NCBI RefSeq assembly: GCF_006345805.1
Contig: NC_043002.1
Coordinates: 64,170,001-64,234,000 of the forward strand
From: Octopus sinensis
Lineage: Eukaryota
Length of the DNA: 64,000 nucleotides
Reading direction: 5' to 3'
This document shows, one piece after another, positions 41,652 through 53,997 of this stretch (the first letter of the stretch is position 1; each line of letters begins with the position of its first letter). A model generated the notes under the pieces. It worked only from the letters and a program-made list of their open reading frames with translations, was not told the origin of the DNA and searched no databases. The position numbers and the translations under genes were made by a program.

Positions 41652-41740
41652 TTTCTTCCTGAAGAGAAAGACACAATATGTTCCCATTATTCAATCGGAT
41701 TTTGGTAATTTGTGCCTTTCGAAACACGTGTAGAATGAAA
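41652..41740 (+). ncRNA. Hammerhead ribozyme (5' pLTR)
   Basis: CTGAAGA 41659-65; stem II 41666-76/41710-20 (10 of 11 pairs); GAAA 41721-24; palindromic ACACGTGT; predicted GTA cleavage after 41732. Confidence 0.85.
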
Positions 41741-41985
41741 TAAAACGATTTCTGTTCAATCTGCGTTCAGCTCCATTTCTTCAATTCACCAATAATGTTT
41801 TAATTTCAATTATCCGCACCAACGCACGGTTGCAACGGCAGATGGTTGTACCTTCAACCGTGCTGTTTACTGCTGTGATTTTTGCTACTAAGGTATCGGT
41901 AAACTTTTGATTAATCTACTACAAGATTATTCATCTTTCTATTTCACATATATACCGCTTCGTCAAGAAACTGCTACTTTAACCG

Positions 41986-44673
41986 ATGCCAATAATGGAG
42001 TTGTTCGAGATTGATGCGTCCCTTAAGGATATTCCTATACCACCAAAGGATGCCTTCCTTAAGGAGTTGGTTTGTAAAACCAACGCATTCATAAACCGGA
42101 TAAGATGGCTCATTTTCTTCCACGAGAACGAAGATCTAAAATCGAACCGGACAACAGCATCGTCCGAATACGGCCGGCTTTTTAAAACATTGGATACGCC
42201 GCCACCGAACCAAAGACTGAAGAAGTTTGAGGACGACTTTGGGGACATAGTTAGAAAGATTAAGTTCAGGAAGTCACCCAGGAGAAATGCCACCTCAGAT
42301 ACCTAGATAAAATTACCAAGGATATTAATAGAACGGACGGAGTCCTGGTCCAGTCCGACAAGACCAGGAACACATACAAGATGCCCATTAAGCAGTACTA
42401 GATTTACTCGGTAAAGAGATCAAGAAAAATTATAGAAAAACCAATTGGAGTACCCTGAGGAAGGTAAACTTGGAAATTAAGGATATAATATTTAAACACC
42501 GAATTCAAATGAGAACTCAGCCGCTTAGCCCCAAGCAACCCAGATTTATAGTGAAGGACCATAAACCTAACTTCCACACCAACCCAGCGCTAAGACTCAT
42601 ATGCCCTGCTAGATCTGATATCGGGATAATCAGTAAGTACATTTTAGATAAATATATCCCTAGTTTAGTAAACAAGCTGAAGCTCAGCCTCTGGGCCAAC
42701 TCCTCGCAGGTAGTGAAGTGGTTCTCTTCCATCCCCAATAAGAACCGTACTAGGTTCATTCAGTTGATATCGCCAGCTTCTACCCCTCGATTAACCCTTG
42801 TGTGCTAAATAAGGCCCTCTGGCATGCTCACAACAAGGCTGGCCTCACCAGAGAAGAGATAGATATCATTTTAGTTGCCAGGAAATCGTTTATTAAGTTT
42901 GATAATAAGTTGTGGATCCGTAAAGATACTCCCAATGAATTTGATGTGCCTATGGGTAGTTCGGATAGTGCGCAGATAGCCGATTTGGTCGGAATATATA
43001 TTCTCTACGAATTGTCCGACCAATTCCCGGAGATCGCGGGCGGCCTGTATCGTGACGATTGTCTGTTTTACCTGCAAAACACCACGAACAGAATAGTGCA
43101 GAAAACTAAGAGCAGGTTAGCTAGGTTTTTAATAGAATGGGCATGAGTATAGTTTTTGATAATGAACTCACCAAGGCTAATTTCCTAGACGTTACACTTA
43201 ACCTTAATAGCGACTCATACTGCCCTTACCATAAGCCTTCCACTAATTTGAAGTATGTCAGTGTCTTCTCAAATCATGCCAAAACCGTAACAGACAATTT
43301 GGTTAAAAACATCTCTCTAAGATTGTCTGGCTTGTCCGCCAGTGCCGATATTTTTATGCAGAAAGCGGAATTTTATAACGCCGCACTATCCAAGACCGGT
43401 ATAGGCAGAAGGTAATTTATATTGATCCGGCCCTTCCGATGCCATCATTCGGTCATCAGGATAGGGCCGTATATAATAACATTAACATTTTAAGTAAGGA
43501 CGGGAGCGCGGCGGATGCGGGGTAGTCGCTCCCGCATTTATTTAGCGAACAAGGATAATTATCGGTCCGGGAGGTCTTACACTAACCCAAGACCGTTATT
43601 CATCCGAGAATCACTCACCCGAATGCGAGAGCTGGCGTCCCGACCCATCACACTGATAGGAATAAGCATATATGGTTTGTAATCCCCTTTGTAAGCAGAT
43701 TAGAACTAACCTCCCCCTCATGTTTAGACAAGCCATCGCCAATAACTTCCCCAGAAATTCCAAATATTACACCACGGTTAACTCACATAAAGTTAGGATA
43801 GCTTTCTCCAACACTAAAAACCTCGCCCAGATAATCGCCTCCCATAATAATAGGCTACTTACTAAGACCCTATCACCTTTTTCCGGAGGCACAGCCTCTT
43901 CCGCTCCCGGTTTAATGCTCAGTAGGAATAATTATAGTAGTAATAATGAGATGAGAGCCAGTACAGTGACACATAATCTCAGCTCCAGCCAGGGAGTACC
44001 CACTAGGGGTATAGTTATAAATAGGGGTGTTGTGGTTGACGGTAATAATGGGAGTAGGGTAGAGAGCCCCATTAGCATCCCCAGCATCATTTCCCGCAAT
44101 AGCAGTACCACGGGCAGTAGCAATGACAGCACTCTGATAGATAGTGGAGAATCAGGGGTTATTCCTATAGTTAATAGTGACGTAGTGGAAAATAGAGTAG
44201 TAAGCGGCTGCAGGTCTCGGAACGAATATAGTGACAGGAACGCAGTTCTAATTTCAGAAACTAATCCTAGCAGATTAAGATTCACGTCGGCGAACGCCAA
44301 GATCAAAAACGCCGTCTACCAATGCAAGGTTTACACGGACTCAGATGCCTTCACTTATGTAGGGGCATCATCCTCAAGATTGTCTTTGCGTGTCTCCAAC
44401 CATTACGCAACTTTTCGGGACGTGAACAAGCGCCAGACCACGGGACTCAGTAAGCTAATATGGCGACTGAAGGATGCGAACTTAAGCTATAGGCTGGAAT
44501 GGTCAATTTTGTCGGTGGCCCTCCCATTTGATAGGGGCAGAAGACAGTGCAACCTTTGTGTCTCCGAACTCTTCCATATTTTGTTTGCCAGAGGCCGGAT
44601 GGTAAACGGGCTCTTACAGTCGGCTTTTCGATGCCCCCATTGGCGGCGTTACACTTACCTGGCCTTTAAATAG
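41986..44673 (+). pseudogene. PLE reverse transcriptase-GIY-YIG endonuclease ORF, frameshifted in this assembly
   Basis: SLKDIPIP..RIRWLIFF; DKTRNTYK; KDHKPNF..RLICP; F-DIASFYPSI; FDVPMGSSD; GLYRDD; NFLDVTL; PYHKP; IWF-NP; AVYQ..YVG..R..NH..CNLC..E..CPH. Track segments 41986-42306, 42470-42808, 42802-43146, 43137-43415, 43672-44673. Confidence 0.92.
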
Positions 44674-45276
44674 CGTTTATAAATAATACCGGCACCCATA
44701 GCCCTTGGTAACAAATTCTGAAATAGCCTTTAAGGTATCTACGATTAACCACTGCAAGGGGAATTACTCCTGTAAGACAAACGGGGCTTGGTTTTCTCAC
44801 AGCGGGGGGTTTCCTTGACAAGGCAGGCTTAGATGAACACACACACACATAAAACATAATATATATATATTTTTTCTTTTTTTTTCTTTCTGCCACCCAA
44901 CGGTTATCACGGCAGTAGCCACTGACAGCCGAACGATCAAACGCACACACGTACACAAAAAATGTTTTCTACCCCTACGCCAACACACACATATATAGAA
45001 CAGTATACACACACACACGTCTCTAAGTAGATTTTTTCTCGCCCCTTATAAAACATCCAATATTCCTTAAATAGTCAGAACTTTATTCTCGGTCACAAAG
45101 AACATCTATACACCCTCACCCACATGATTGACCGATGCCTGACCCGTTGAATTCTTCAGCCACCGGTTCTCAACATACACTGATAAACAGTTTCGCCATG
45201 GGCTCTTAGGAGCACAGTTCGATTTGTTCTTTGCTCCGCCTCTGTTCTGTTTTTGTTTTTCCAACGGATTTCCTTT

Positions 45277-45365
45277 TTTCTTCCTGAAGAGAAAGACACA
45301 ATATGGTCCCATTATTCAATCGGATTTTGGTAATTTGTGCCTTTCGAAACACGTGTAGAATGAAA
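45277..45365 (+). ncRNA. Hammerhead ribozyme (3' pLTR)
   Basis: CTGAAGA 45284-90; stem II 45291-301/45335-45; GAAA 45346-49; predicted GTA cleavage after 45357. Confidence 0.85.
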
Positions 45366-45880
45366 TAAAACGATTTCTGTCCAATCTGCGTTCAGCTCCA
45401 TTTCTTCAATTCACCAATAATGTTTTAATTTCAATTATCCGCACCAACGCACGGTTGCAACGGCAGATGGTTGTACCTTCAACCGTGCTGTTTACTGCTG
45501 TGATTTTTGCTACTAAGGTATCGGTTAAACTTTTGATTAATCTACTACAAGATTATTCATCTTTCTATTTCACATAATATATATATATATATATATGAAT
45601 GTGTGTGTGTATCTTTCTCTATATGCTTGCGTGCGTGTATTTACATGATGGTGATGCTGTAAATGTTTAAATTTTCATCATTCGAGTCTTTCCTCATTAT
45701 CATATATATTTACATCTCCCTCTTCTGTTTATTAAACTTATTTCCTTTGAATATAAATACTTATGGACGAATATATATATACGTATAAGTATATATATTT
45801 ATATATGTATATCTATACATGTATACATATATGTGTACTTACATACATGTATATATATGTATACATATATGTGTACGTAC

Positions 45881-45950
<70 letters not shown>

Positions 45951-46113
45951 CCGTACATATATATACATATATATAATTGGTTGTGGTTAATGGATGTGCA
46001 AGATGTGTCGAAACAATTGTAAGTAATAATAAATTCTTCTTGTATATTCCATCTTCTGTCTTTCGTTTGATATATATATATATTATATATATATATATAA
46101 TATATATATATAT

Positions 46114-46290
46114 ACTAGCTTAAGGTGACCTGTTCTACGCGTGGGTGAGGGTGTGGTTGTTACTTTCTGTTGCTTCTATTCTGTTTCTTATCGCCACATT
46201 CTCTCTCTTTGTTTCTGTCTCCTTTCTCTGTCCCTTTCCCACTCTCTTACTCCTCCTTTCTCTCGGACTCTCGTTTTCTCTTACTCTCTA

Positions 46291-46332
<42 letters not shown>

Positions 46333-47290
46333 CTATTTATAAAAATAAAAGATCTTGAGTAAGTTGACAAAGAAATATGTTTAAAGATCAATTATTAATA
46401 TTAGGTAGTGACAACGCAAAGCACACTTGCCTTCTGTATGTTACACTCTTTGAGCATTTAAGAATAAGGAAAAAAGGATTTCTTTGTTAAATTTAGTACT
46501 TAGTTTGGGAATTTTTCGGCGATTGACCATGCAAATGAAAGCTCTAAACACAGGTTACATGCAGTTGGAAATTTCTTTCAGAAAATATGAAAACTGTAAA
46601 CAATAAAAAAAAGTAAAGGCAAAAATACGTAAAAATGAGAAATGTTTTGCAACTTCAAAAATCTTGCCTTAATTTTCAAAATTTCGAATCCAATTTCCGT
46701 GCTAAAATTACAAATCCGCTTCCACTTTACCATGTTGAAAATTCTATAGAAATCGAGCAAAAGGCGTCCAATCTGGACCCCGCCCCACCAAGTGTTCCCA
46801 AAGATCAATAAAATACCCATTTTCACAGCAAAGCAACCACTGTTGCGCCCCAAAGCGTCTCCCAATCAATTTGTCACTTCAAGTTACCCTCTCCTGTAAA
46901 TTTTAATTCCCTTCCAGCCCCATTTAGGCACATTTTTACATAAAAATCCAATTTGTATCAACGTTCGCCTTCTTCATTTTATAGAGTAGATTAAAGATAA
47001 CCGCCTCTAGCCCATGCAGCAACATGAAAAGCCACCATTATTCAAACTGCGCAACCTGTCTATCCCATAAAACACAAATTTTCCCATATTCCTCATCACG
47101 GCAACCAAACGGTAGCCTCGAGCCACTTGCAACCCTCCTCACACCATTATCAACCCCATTTTACCACCCAGTGTAAATTTTGACGCCAACCCAAACCCAT
47201 CTACCGTCCCTTAAAGAGTTCCCATCCCCAGATGAGACAAATAACCAAGAAATCAAACAACTTTTCGAATTTCAGCTTTATAGATATTGA
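46114..47290 (+). mobile_element. Putative non-autonomous Helitron/HINE-like element; second partial copy ending at 47942
   Basis: Starts actag...acctgttctacgcgtgggt after (TA)n and contains a (CT)n tract. The 3' motif atgagaca...aaccaagaaatcaaacaacttt recurs at 47.24 and 47.92 kb before (TA)n. No coding evidence. Confidence 0.3.
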
Positions 47291-47363
47291 TGATTATATA
47301 TATACACACACACATTATATATATATATGTATACATATTATATATATATATATATATTTATGT

Positions 47364-47452
<89 letters not shown>

Positions 47453-47941
47453 TTACACAATATATCTGATTAATAATATCTGTTATGATTGTGCGATAAT
47501 ATTTCACCGTTCTAAAAGACCTGTAGCGGGAATATTTAAACTTTTGCGGCTGTCAACGCTTTCTCTCTATAGATGCAGTCAGATGTACAGTGAGAGAGGT
47601 GGTGGGAGAGATAGTGACAGAGACAAGGCGAAGGCGGAGTGGGAATGAAAGTGGAGGGTGTCAAACTTCGTTATAGAGTGAACGTGAAGGGAAGGATGGG
47701 AAGAGAGAGATCGAGGAAGACCGGGTGATATATGAAAGGAAGAAACGACAAACACTTGTCAATGTCTGGGTTTTGTTGCCTTAGTAACCACAGCTTTGAG
47801 GGTTTCTCACCCAGTCTAGTCGGATCCTCGCCACTTATTACATGTCCCTGTAAATTTCTGCGCCAATCCGACCACATCTACCGCCACTTAAAGCGTTCGC
47901 ATCACAAAATGAGACATTCAACCAAGAAATCAAACAACTTT

Positions 47942-48002
<61 letters not shown>

Positions 48003-48660
48003 ATATATTATATATGTGTGTGTGTGTGGTGTGTGTGTGTGGTGTGTGTGTGTGTGTATGACAGAGAGAGAAGCAAACAGTCAGACAGAGAGAAGATAAT
48101 TAAGAAAGTTGTGCTAGTGTCAATTCAACTGAATCTTGATGATATATATATCCTGTATTGGCCCTCTGATTCACGAGTTCTAGGGTGTTGAGGCGTACGG
48201 AACCAGGTCTAATAGAATGCAGGATAATTGCAACGCTAGTGGTAGAAACTATGGCTTAACTAGCATATATGGTGACAATACATGTGAGCGCGCAATAAAA
48301 CTACCAAAACGAAGAAGAAGACTAATATAGATAACTTGTGCTTTCATGGGATTAATGGCCAGTTCGCTCCGGCATGTAACCAGGTAATAATGACAAATCA
48401 TCAGAGATATATCTTCGTGGTTACCCATTTTAATCGAATCCATTGAAAGTCCTATGGCGACAAAAGTCTTCCAACATATGTGGACCTAAGCAGTTTGGAA
48501 GACACACTAAGTTACAAATTTGTCTTTCACCTATACTTCAAACCATACACATCTGCAGAAGAACCGAAAAGCCACCTGAGAGGTCATGGGCAGAAAGTCA
48601 GAAATGTTATTGAGAATGAGGATGCAAAACGAGACGGTAATCACTATATATATATATATA

Positions 48661-48851
48661 TCAGTCGCCATGATGGATCGCTACCCACTACACATTCTCT
48701 ATTTTCTCTCCTTCTTTCTTTCTGTGTTCCTTTCTGTTGATGAGCGTAGGCTGGAGGCGTTAATGACTTTTTTCGATTCCCGAGCGTTATACTAATACAT
48801 ATGTTTGTTGTCTACATCACCTGTCTTCGTCTTTTGTATTTTGTAAATTCT

Positions 48852-48854
<3 letters not shown>
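48661..48854 (+). mobile_element. Short HHR-like element, mini-family B (degenerate), in (TA)n
   Basis: cttt-CTGTTGA-t-gagc-gtag-gctg-GAGG-cg-TT-aatg at 48730-48765; same ends as the 26.7 kb copy. Confidence 0.7.
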
Positions 48855-48891
<37 letters not shown>

Positions 48892-49948
48892 GCATATATG
48901 TATATATACGTGTGTGTGTGTTTATGTATGTATATATTTATATATGCGTATAATATATATTATATATATGTATGTACTTATATATACATTCGTTTGTGTG
49001 TGTGTTTGTGTGTGTATCTGAGTGTCTGAGTAGTCTATATGTAATGGATTTGAACACAGTTGCGTTGTGAAGTATTCATTTATATAGCAGTTAACTGCAG
49101 GTACAAGATGCTGATTAGTAATTATCTGTCTTTTTCTCGGATAAAAACCTTCAGTTCTGTATATTCACCAAGCTTTTACAAAATGTTTTTCATTTACCTT
49201 TCTTTTAAGCTGAGGAAGCAAGACAATATTTTATTGTGTTGCGGCAACCTTGTATGGGGACTAGATAAAAAATCTATATAGTTGTGCGATAGTTTGTGCT
49301 GTGAAAATATAGCACCTAAATCTCTCTGATTCTTTCCAACGTTGCACATTTCATTTCTAACTTGATGCACTTTGTGTTCACTACATTATGATTATAATTA
49401 TTGAGGTATTCAACATGGGTGCTGAAGACCGCTGAAATAACATAGACTCTAGTGTGAATTGAACGTTTTTTCTATATTTCCTTAAGTGGTCTACCGAACC
49501 CTTACTTCTCAACGGAGTGTAGCGTGGTTTCATTGTTCGGTAATGCATATAATACATCTCTACTACCATCTGCATCATACTACGTGAGTCATAACCTAAA
49601 GTATAGCTTTTCTTGTGTTTAGAATACGTTGTGCAGTCATTATTTCAATGTCATTAACTCTCTACAAATCATAAAAAGTTGCATCTGTTGACTTATTCAG
49701 CTTATCATAGAATTTAACTCCGCTTCTTTGTTCCTGCATTTTTTGTGGAGATAATTATTGTTATATGTCTATGATTGTATAACCTTTAAGCTATAATTGT
49801 TTTATCTCTGCACGTTGAGCTCCACTTAATTATGTTTTATCTTTGAACATTATGCTTAAATTAATGTCTTTTTTCTAATGTATGGCACGAACTGTTTTAT
49901 TGCACAATCATTTTATTGCAAATTTCATAGGTATCTATGTATCTGCAT

Positions 49949-49984
<36 letters not shown>

Positions 49985-50094
49985 TATATAAATATATATA
50001 TATGAGTGTGTGTGGGTATATATATATAATACATAATCATATATTCACATACAATATATACGTATCTATCAGTGTTTGTATAAAACTGCATAGG

Positions 50095-50127
<33 letters not shown>

Positions 50128-51643
50128 GTACGTACATAGGTACATACATGCGTACGGACATATGTACATACAAACATGCATGCATACATGCATATATCCA
50201 TACATCAATGAGAACATGTGCGTGATAAATTTGCTCTATGTATGTGAAAACTGAAATAACAAAAAAAATTACGTAAATATATTTTGTTCAATTTGCTGTT
50301 GAATAAAAGCAATGAACTACTGACACAATTTTAATAAAATTGTTTCTATGAGTTTTGCTCGGCGGGTCTACTGATTCGTTTGCTTAAAATGTAGTGAGGA
50401 AATACAATTGAATTTTTGTGTATTCTACATCATTTAGTTTAATAGTTCTTCTATTTGGTCATTTGTTGCTGTGTAATTTGTGTGAAAGTAACCCAAAGAA
50501 TTAAAAAACAAAAACATATACCAATTGAGACCATATATTCACACTTACACACACACTCTCACGTGCGCCCACACTCACACATAGACGCAAAAACACACGC
50601 ACAGCCACATATTCTCACACATACATACGCACATACACAGGCATACACACATACTCACGTACACATACATAAAAACACATGCACGCGCACACGCGCCAAC
50701 CGAGAGACACACATGCTGACATATACACACATATACAGGCGCAGAAAGACAGAGGCACAAACACTGACACATACGAAGACGTACACACACACACACACAT
50801 AGGCAAACACATATACACACAAACATACACATAGAAGGCTGTGCATATCAATATGGATATGCTTACATATGTATTTGTACATAGACATGTGCAAATGTTG
50901 CATCTATATTAGAAACAGAAAATTTGATTTTAAAACTTATTTATATATTTATTTTTATTTTCTAATTCTGATTTTGTATTCTCATCAAAATTGAAATTCA
51001 ATTCTCCAGCTTCTTAAAGTATGTACACACACAGAGTTAAACACAGATACACACACAGGCACATACACATACACACACACACAAACACACGCAAGTACAT
51101 ACACTTTAATATGTGTGTGTATGTACACATAAACATGCTTCGTCTTTCTGTTTCTCTCTCTCTCTCTCGCTCTGTTTCTTTTTCTCCCTCGCTCTCTGCC
51201 TTTATCTATATATATCTAGCTACCTACATATCTATTTGTCTATCTCGTTGTCGATGTGTCTATGTTTCTATGTATGCATGCACAGAAGAATGTATGGATG
51301 CGTGAATTCTCTGTTATATGTACGTATACGTTCTACTTATGTAAACCCAATATAATCAAATACATGACAAAACAAACAGCCGTATGCCACGAGCAGAATA
51401 GAATAAACTGAAAGAATATTAACATCAAACAAAGTACAGAACACTCTTGATCTATCTCGGTATCTGCACACACTCAAATATAAACCAATTGAGAAACACA
51501 TGTCACACACACGCGCACACCCTTCGAAATTGCCCTCAAATGTGGTTTTGGTCGTTTTGACTGCTTCTTCTTGCGTGTAAGATACCTGTTAAAGGTAGTT
51601 TCTCTTGTGTTTAAAGTACACTATTTCATATATATATACATAA

Positions 51644-51732
<89 letters not shown>

Positions 51733-51844
51733 GTGTATGTGTGTGCGTGTACTTAGTGTGTATGTATATATTCAGAAAGCAGAAATATATATATGCATAT
51801 ATGTATGTATACATACATACACACATACACACACACACACACGC

Positions 51845-51878
<34 letters not shown>

Positions 51879-51924
51879 CACACACATATATATATATATA
51901 TATTATATATACATATGGCATTTG

Positions 51925-51956
<32 letters not shown>

Positions 51957-52409
51957 CAAAGGACATACGTAAGCTTGCAGGTACACGTGAATGTTGTTCG
52001 AGGCTTCATCATTTCTAGTCATCATAGCGTCAACTTCAAAACTCATTAGCTATTCTGTTTGATATACGGAAGGAAAAAATGAACTCCGAAAACTAAATTC
52101 AGAAATGCAAAAAAAAAAAAAAATGAAGATACTAATAATAAAATACCATTTTTATTTTTTGAGCATCTCAAGTGACGTTTCATCTTTGTGAGATAACAAG
52201 CTTTCGACTAAATGACATTTTGATGGTCAGATCAACTCATTATTAATAATGTAATATGGCCTTCCTCTCTCCATCTCACTCTCTCACCTTGTCTCTTTAT
52301 TTCTCTCATTCCCTCTGTCTCTTTCTCTCTGTCTAACAGTCTTTCTTTCTCACTCTCTAACTCGCTCTCTCTCTATCGTTCCCTCTCTCTCTACCTCTAT
52401 CATTATGCC

Positions 52410-52450
<41 letters not shown>

Positions 52451-52725
52451 CCTCTACGTGTCTGTGTACGCGTGTTAATGCCTGTATATATGTGTGAGTA
52501 TGTGTGCACGTCTTTGTTCCCCCGTTTGATGTCTGACCCTTTATCTTTTTTTTTCTTCTATGTTTTATGCTATTATCTGTACTGTTTAGTAGTTTTCATA
52601 TATTTTTTTTACTGATGAATATTGTTTACAAGTTGAATTTGTTGCTTACTCGCATTTCCATCAGCAATCTTGCCGTCATATTCATTCTTATCGCTCTTTT
52701 CCTCCTCCTTCTTATCACCACCACC

Positions 52726-52759
<34 letters not shown>

Positions 52760-52895
52760 TCAAGATCCTCTAATGGACAGCAGTCAAGCTTCTCATTATC
52801 ATTATCGTCCTCATTAATTTTATCCTTCAACATTCATATTTTTACAACTACTACTACTACTACTACTACTACTACCACTGCTGCTGCTGCTGCTG

Positions 52896-52946
<51 letters not shown>

Positions 52947-53588
52947 TTGTTAATTGATTTAATGCCGAAGAGTTTTTCGGAAAAAGAAAGTAGCGTGAGA
53001 GCGTGAACCATTCCATTGTTTTTGCTGATGTGATTTGTTCTCGAACCAAGAAGGTAAATTAGGCCGGTATTTATCCAAGTTTCTCTGGAGTTTGAGAGAC
53101 TAAACAAATAATGCATTATATAACAAGTCTTTGGTAAAAAATAGTTTCACATGTTTATCTTTTTCCCTTTTATATGAGTGATTTTAATTTCCCAATGATT
53201 CGATTCGTTGAGGTCGACGTAATATATCGAAATCAGGTAACATTTTTAACTGAATCTTTTCTGTAAGTAATTTCTGCGTCCGATAGAATTACGTACAACG
53301 TTTGAAGACACAAGGATATAAGCACGTTATGAGAAAATCTTTGTGCGTATTCTATGCTACTTTGTGTTTTGAACTGAAACGCTACTCCTCTGGAATATTT
53401 TTTTCATTCTTTATTAAAGCTGATGGTTTCAATCATTTTGACCAGGGAGTTCAAAAAATGTAAGAGTATTTAGATAACATCATGCGTTTCAGAGCACCAC
53501 ATTGTGTGTAACACGTATTTATTTGCAGTAGGGTCCAATGTGCATTGATATCTTACTTTTAATTCAATATAATATTCGATCATCATAT

Positions 53589-53807
53589 ACTCTTACTCTT
53601 TTACTTGTTTCAGTCATTTGACTGCGGCCATGCTGGAGCACCACCTTTAATCGAGCAACTCGACCCCGGGATTTATTCTTTTGTAAGCCCAGTACTTATT
53701 CTATCGGTCTCTTTGCCGAACCGCTAAGTAACGGGGACATAAACACACCAGCATCGGTTGTCAAGCAATGCTAGGGGACAAACACAGACACACAAACACA
53801 TACACGC

Positions 53808-53838
<31 letters not shown>

Positions 53839-53997
53839 CGACGAACTTCTTTCAGTTTCCGTCTACCAAATCCACTCACAAGGCTTTGGTCGGCCCGAGG
53901 CTATAGTAGAAGACACTTGCCCAAGGTGCCACGCAGTGGGACTGAACCCGGAACCATGTGGTTGGTAGACAAGCTACTTACCACACAGCCACTCCTG
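53589..53997 (-). mobile_element. SINE family A (well preserved)
   Basis: Head aggagtggctgtgtggtaagtag...ggttccgggttcagtcccactgcgtggcaccttgggcaagtg; internal (TA)n; tail ccagcatggccgcagtcaaatgactgaaacaagtaaaagag. Confidence 0.9.

Larger units (their letters stand above)
40456..45576 (+). mobile_element. Penelope-like retroelement (C-terminal GIY-YIG type) with 5' inverted arm, direct pLTRs, inserted in (TA)n
   Basis: Inverted arm 40456-41600 is the reverse complement of 44263-45426. Direct repeat 41601-41950 matches 45226-45576. RT and GIY-YIG coding region 41986-44673. (TA)n on both flanks. Confidence 0.95.

Noticed and set aside
45130-45200. Second, permuted hammerhead on the minus strand of the PLE 3' UTR (GAAA-ctg..cag-TG ... 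CTGAAGA)
   Set aside because: The cleavage position would be G (not H) and stem I does not form.
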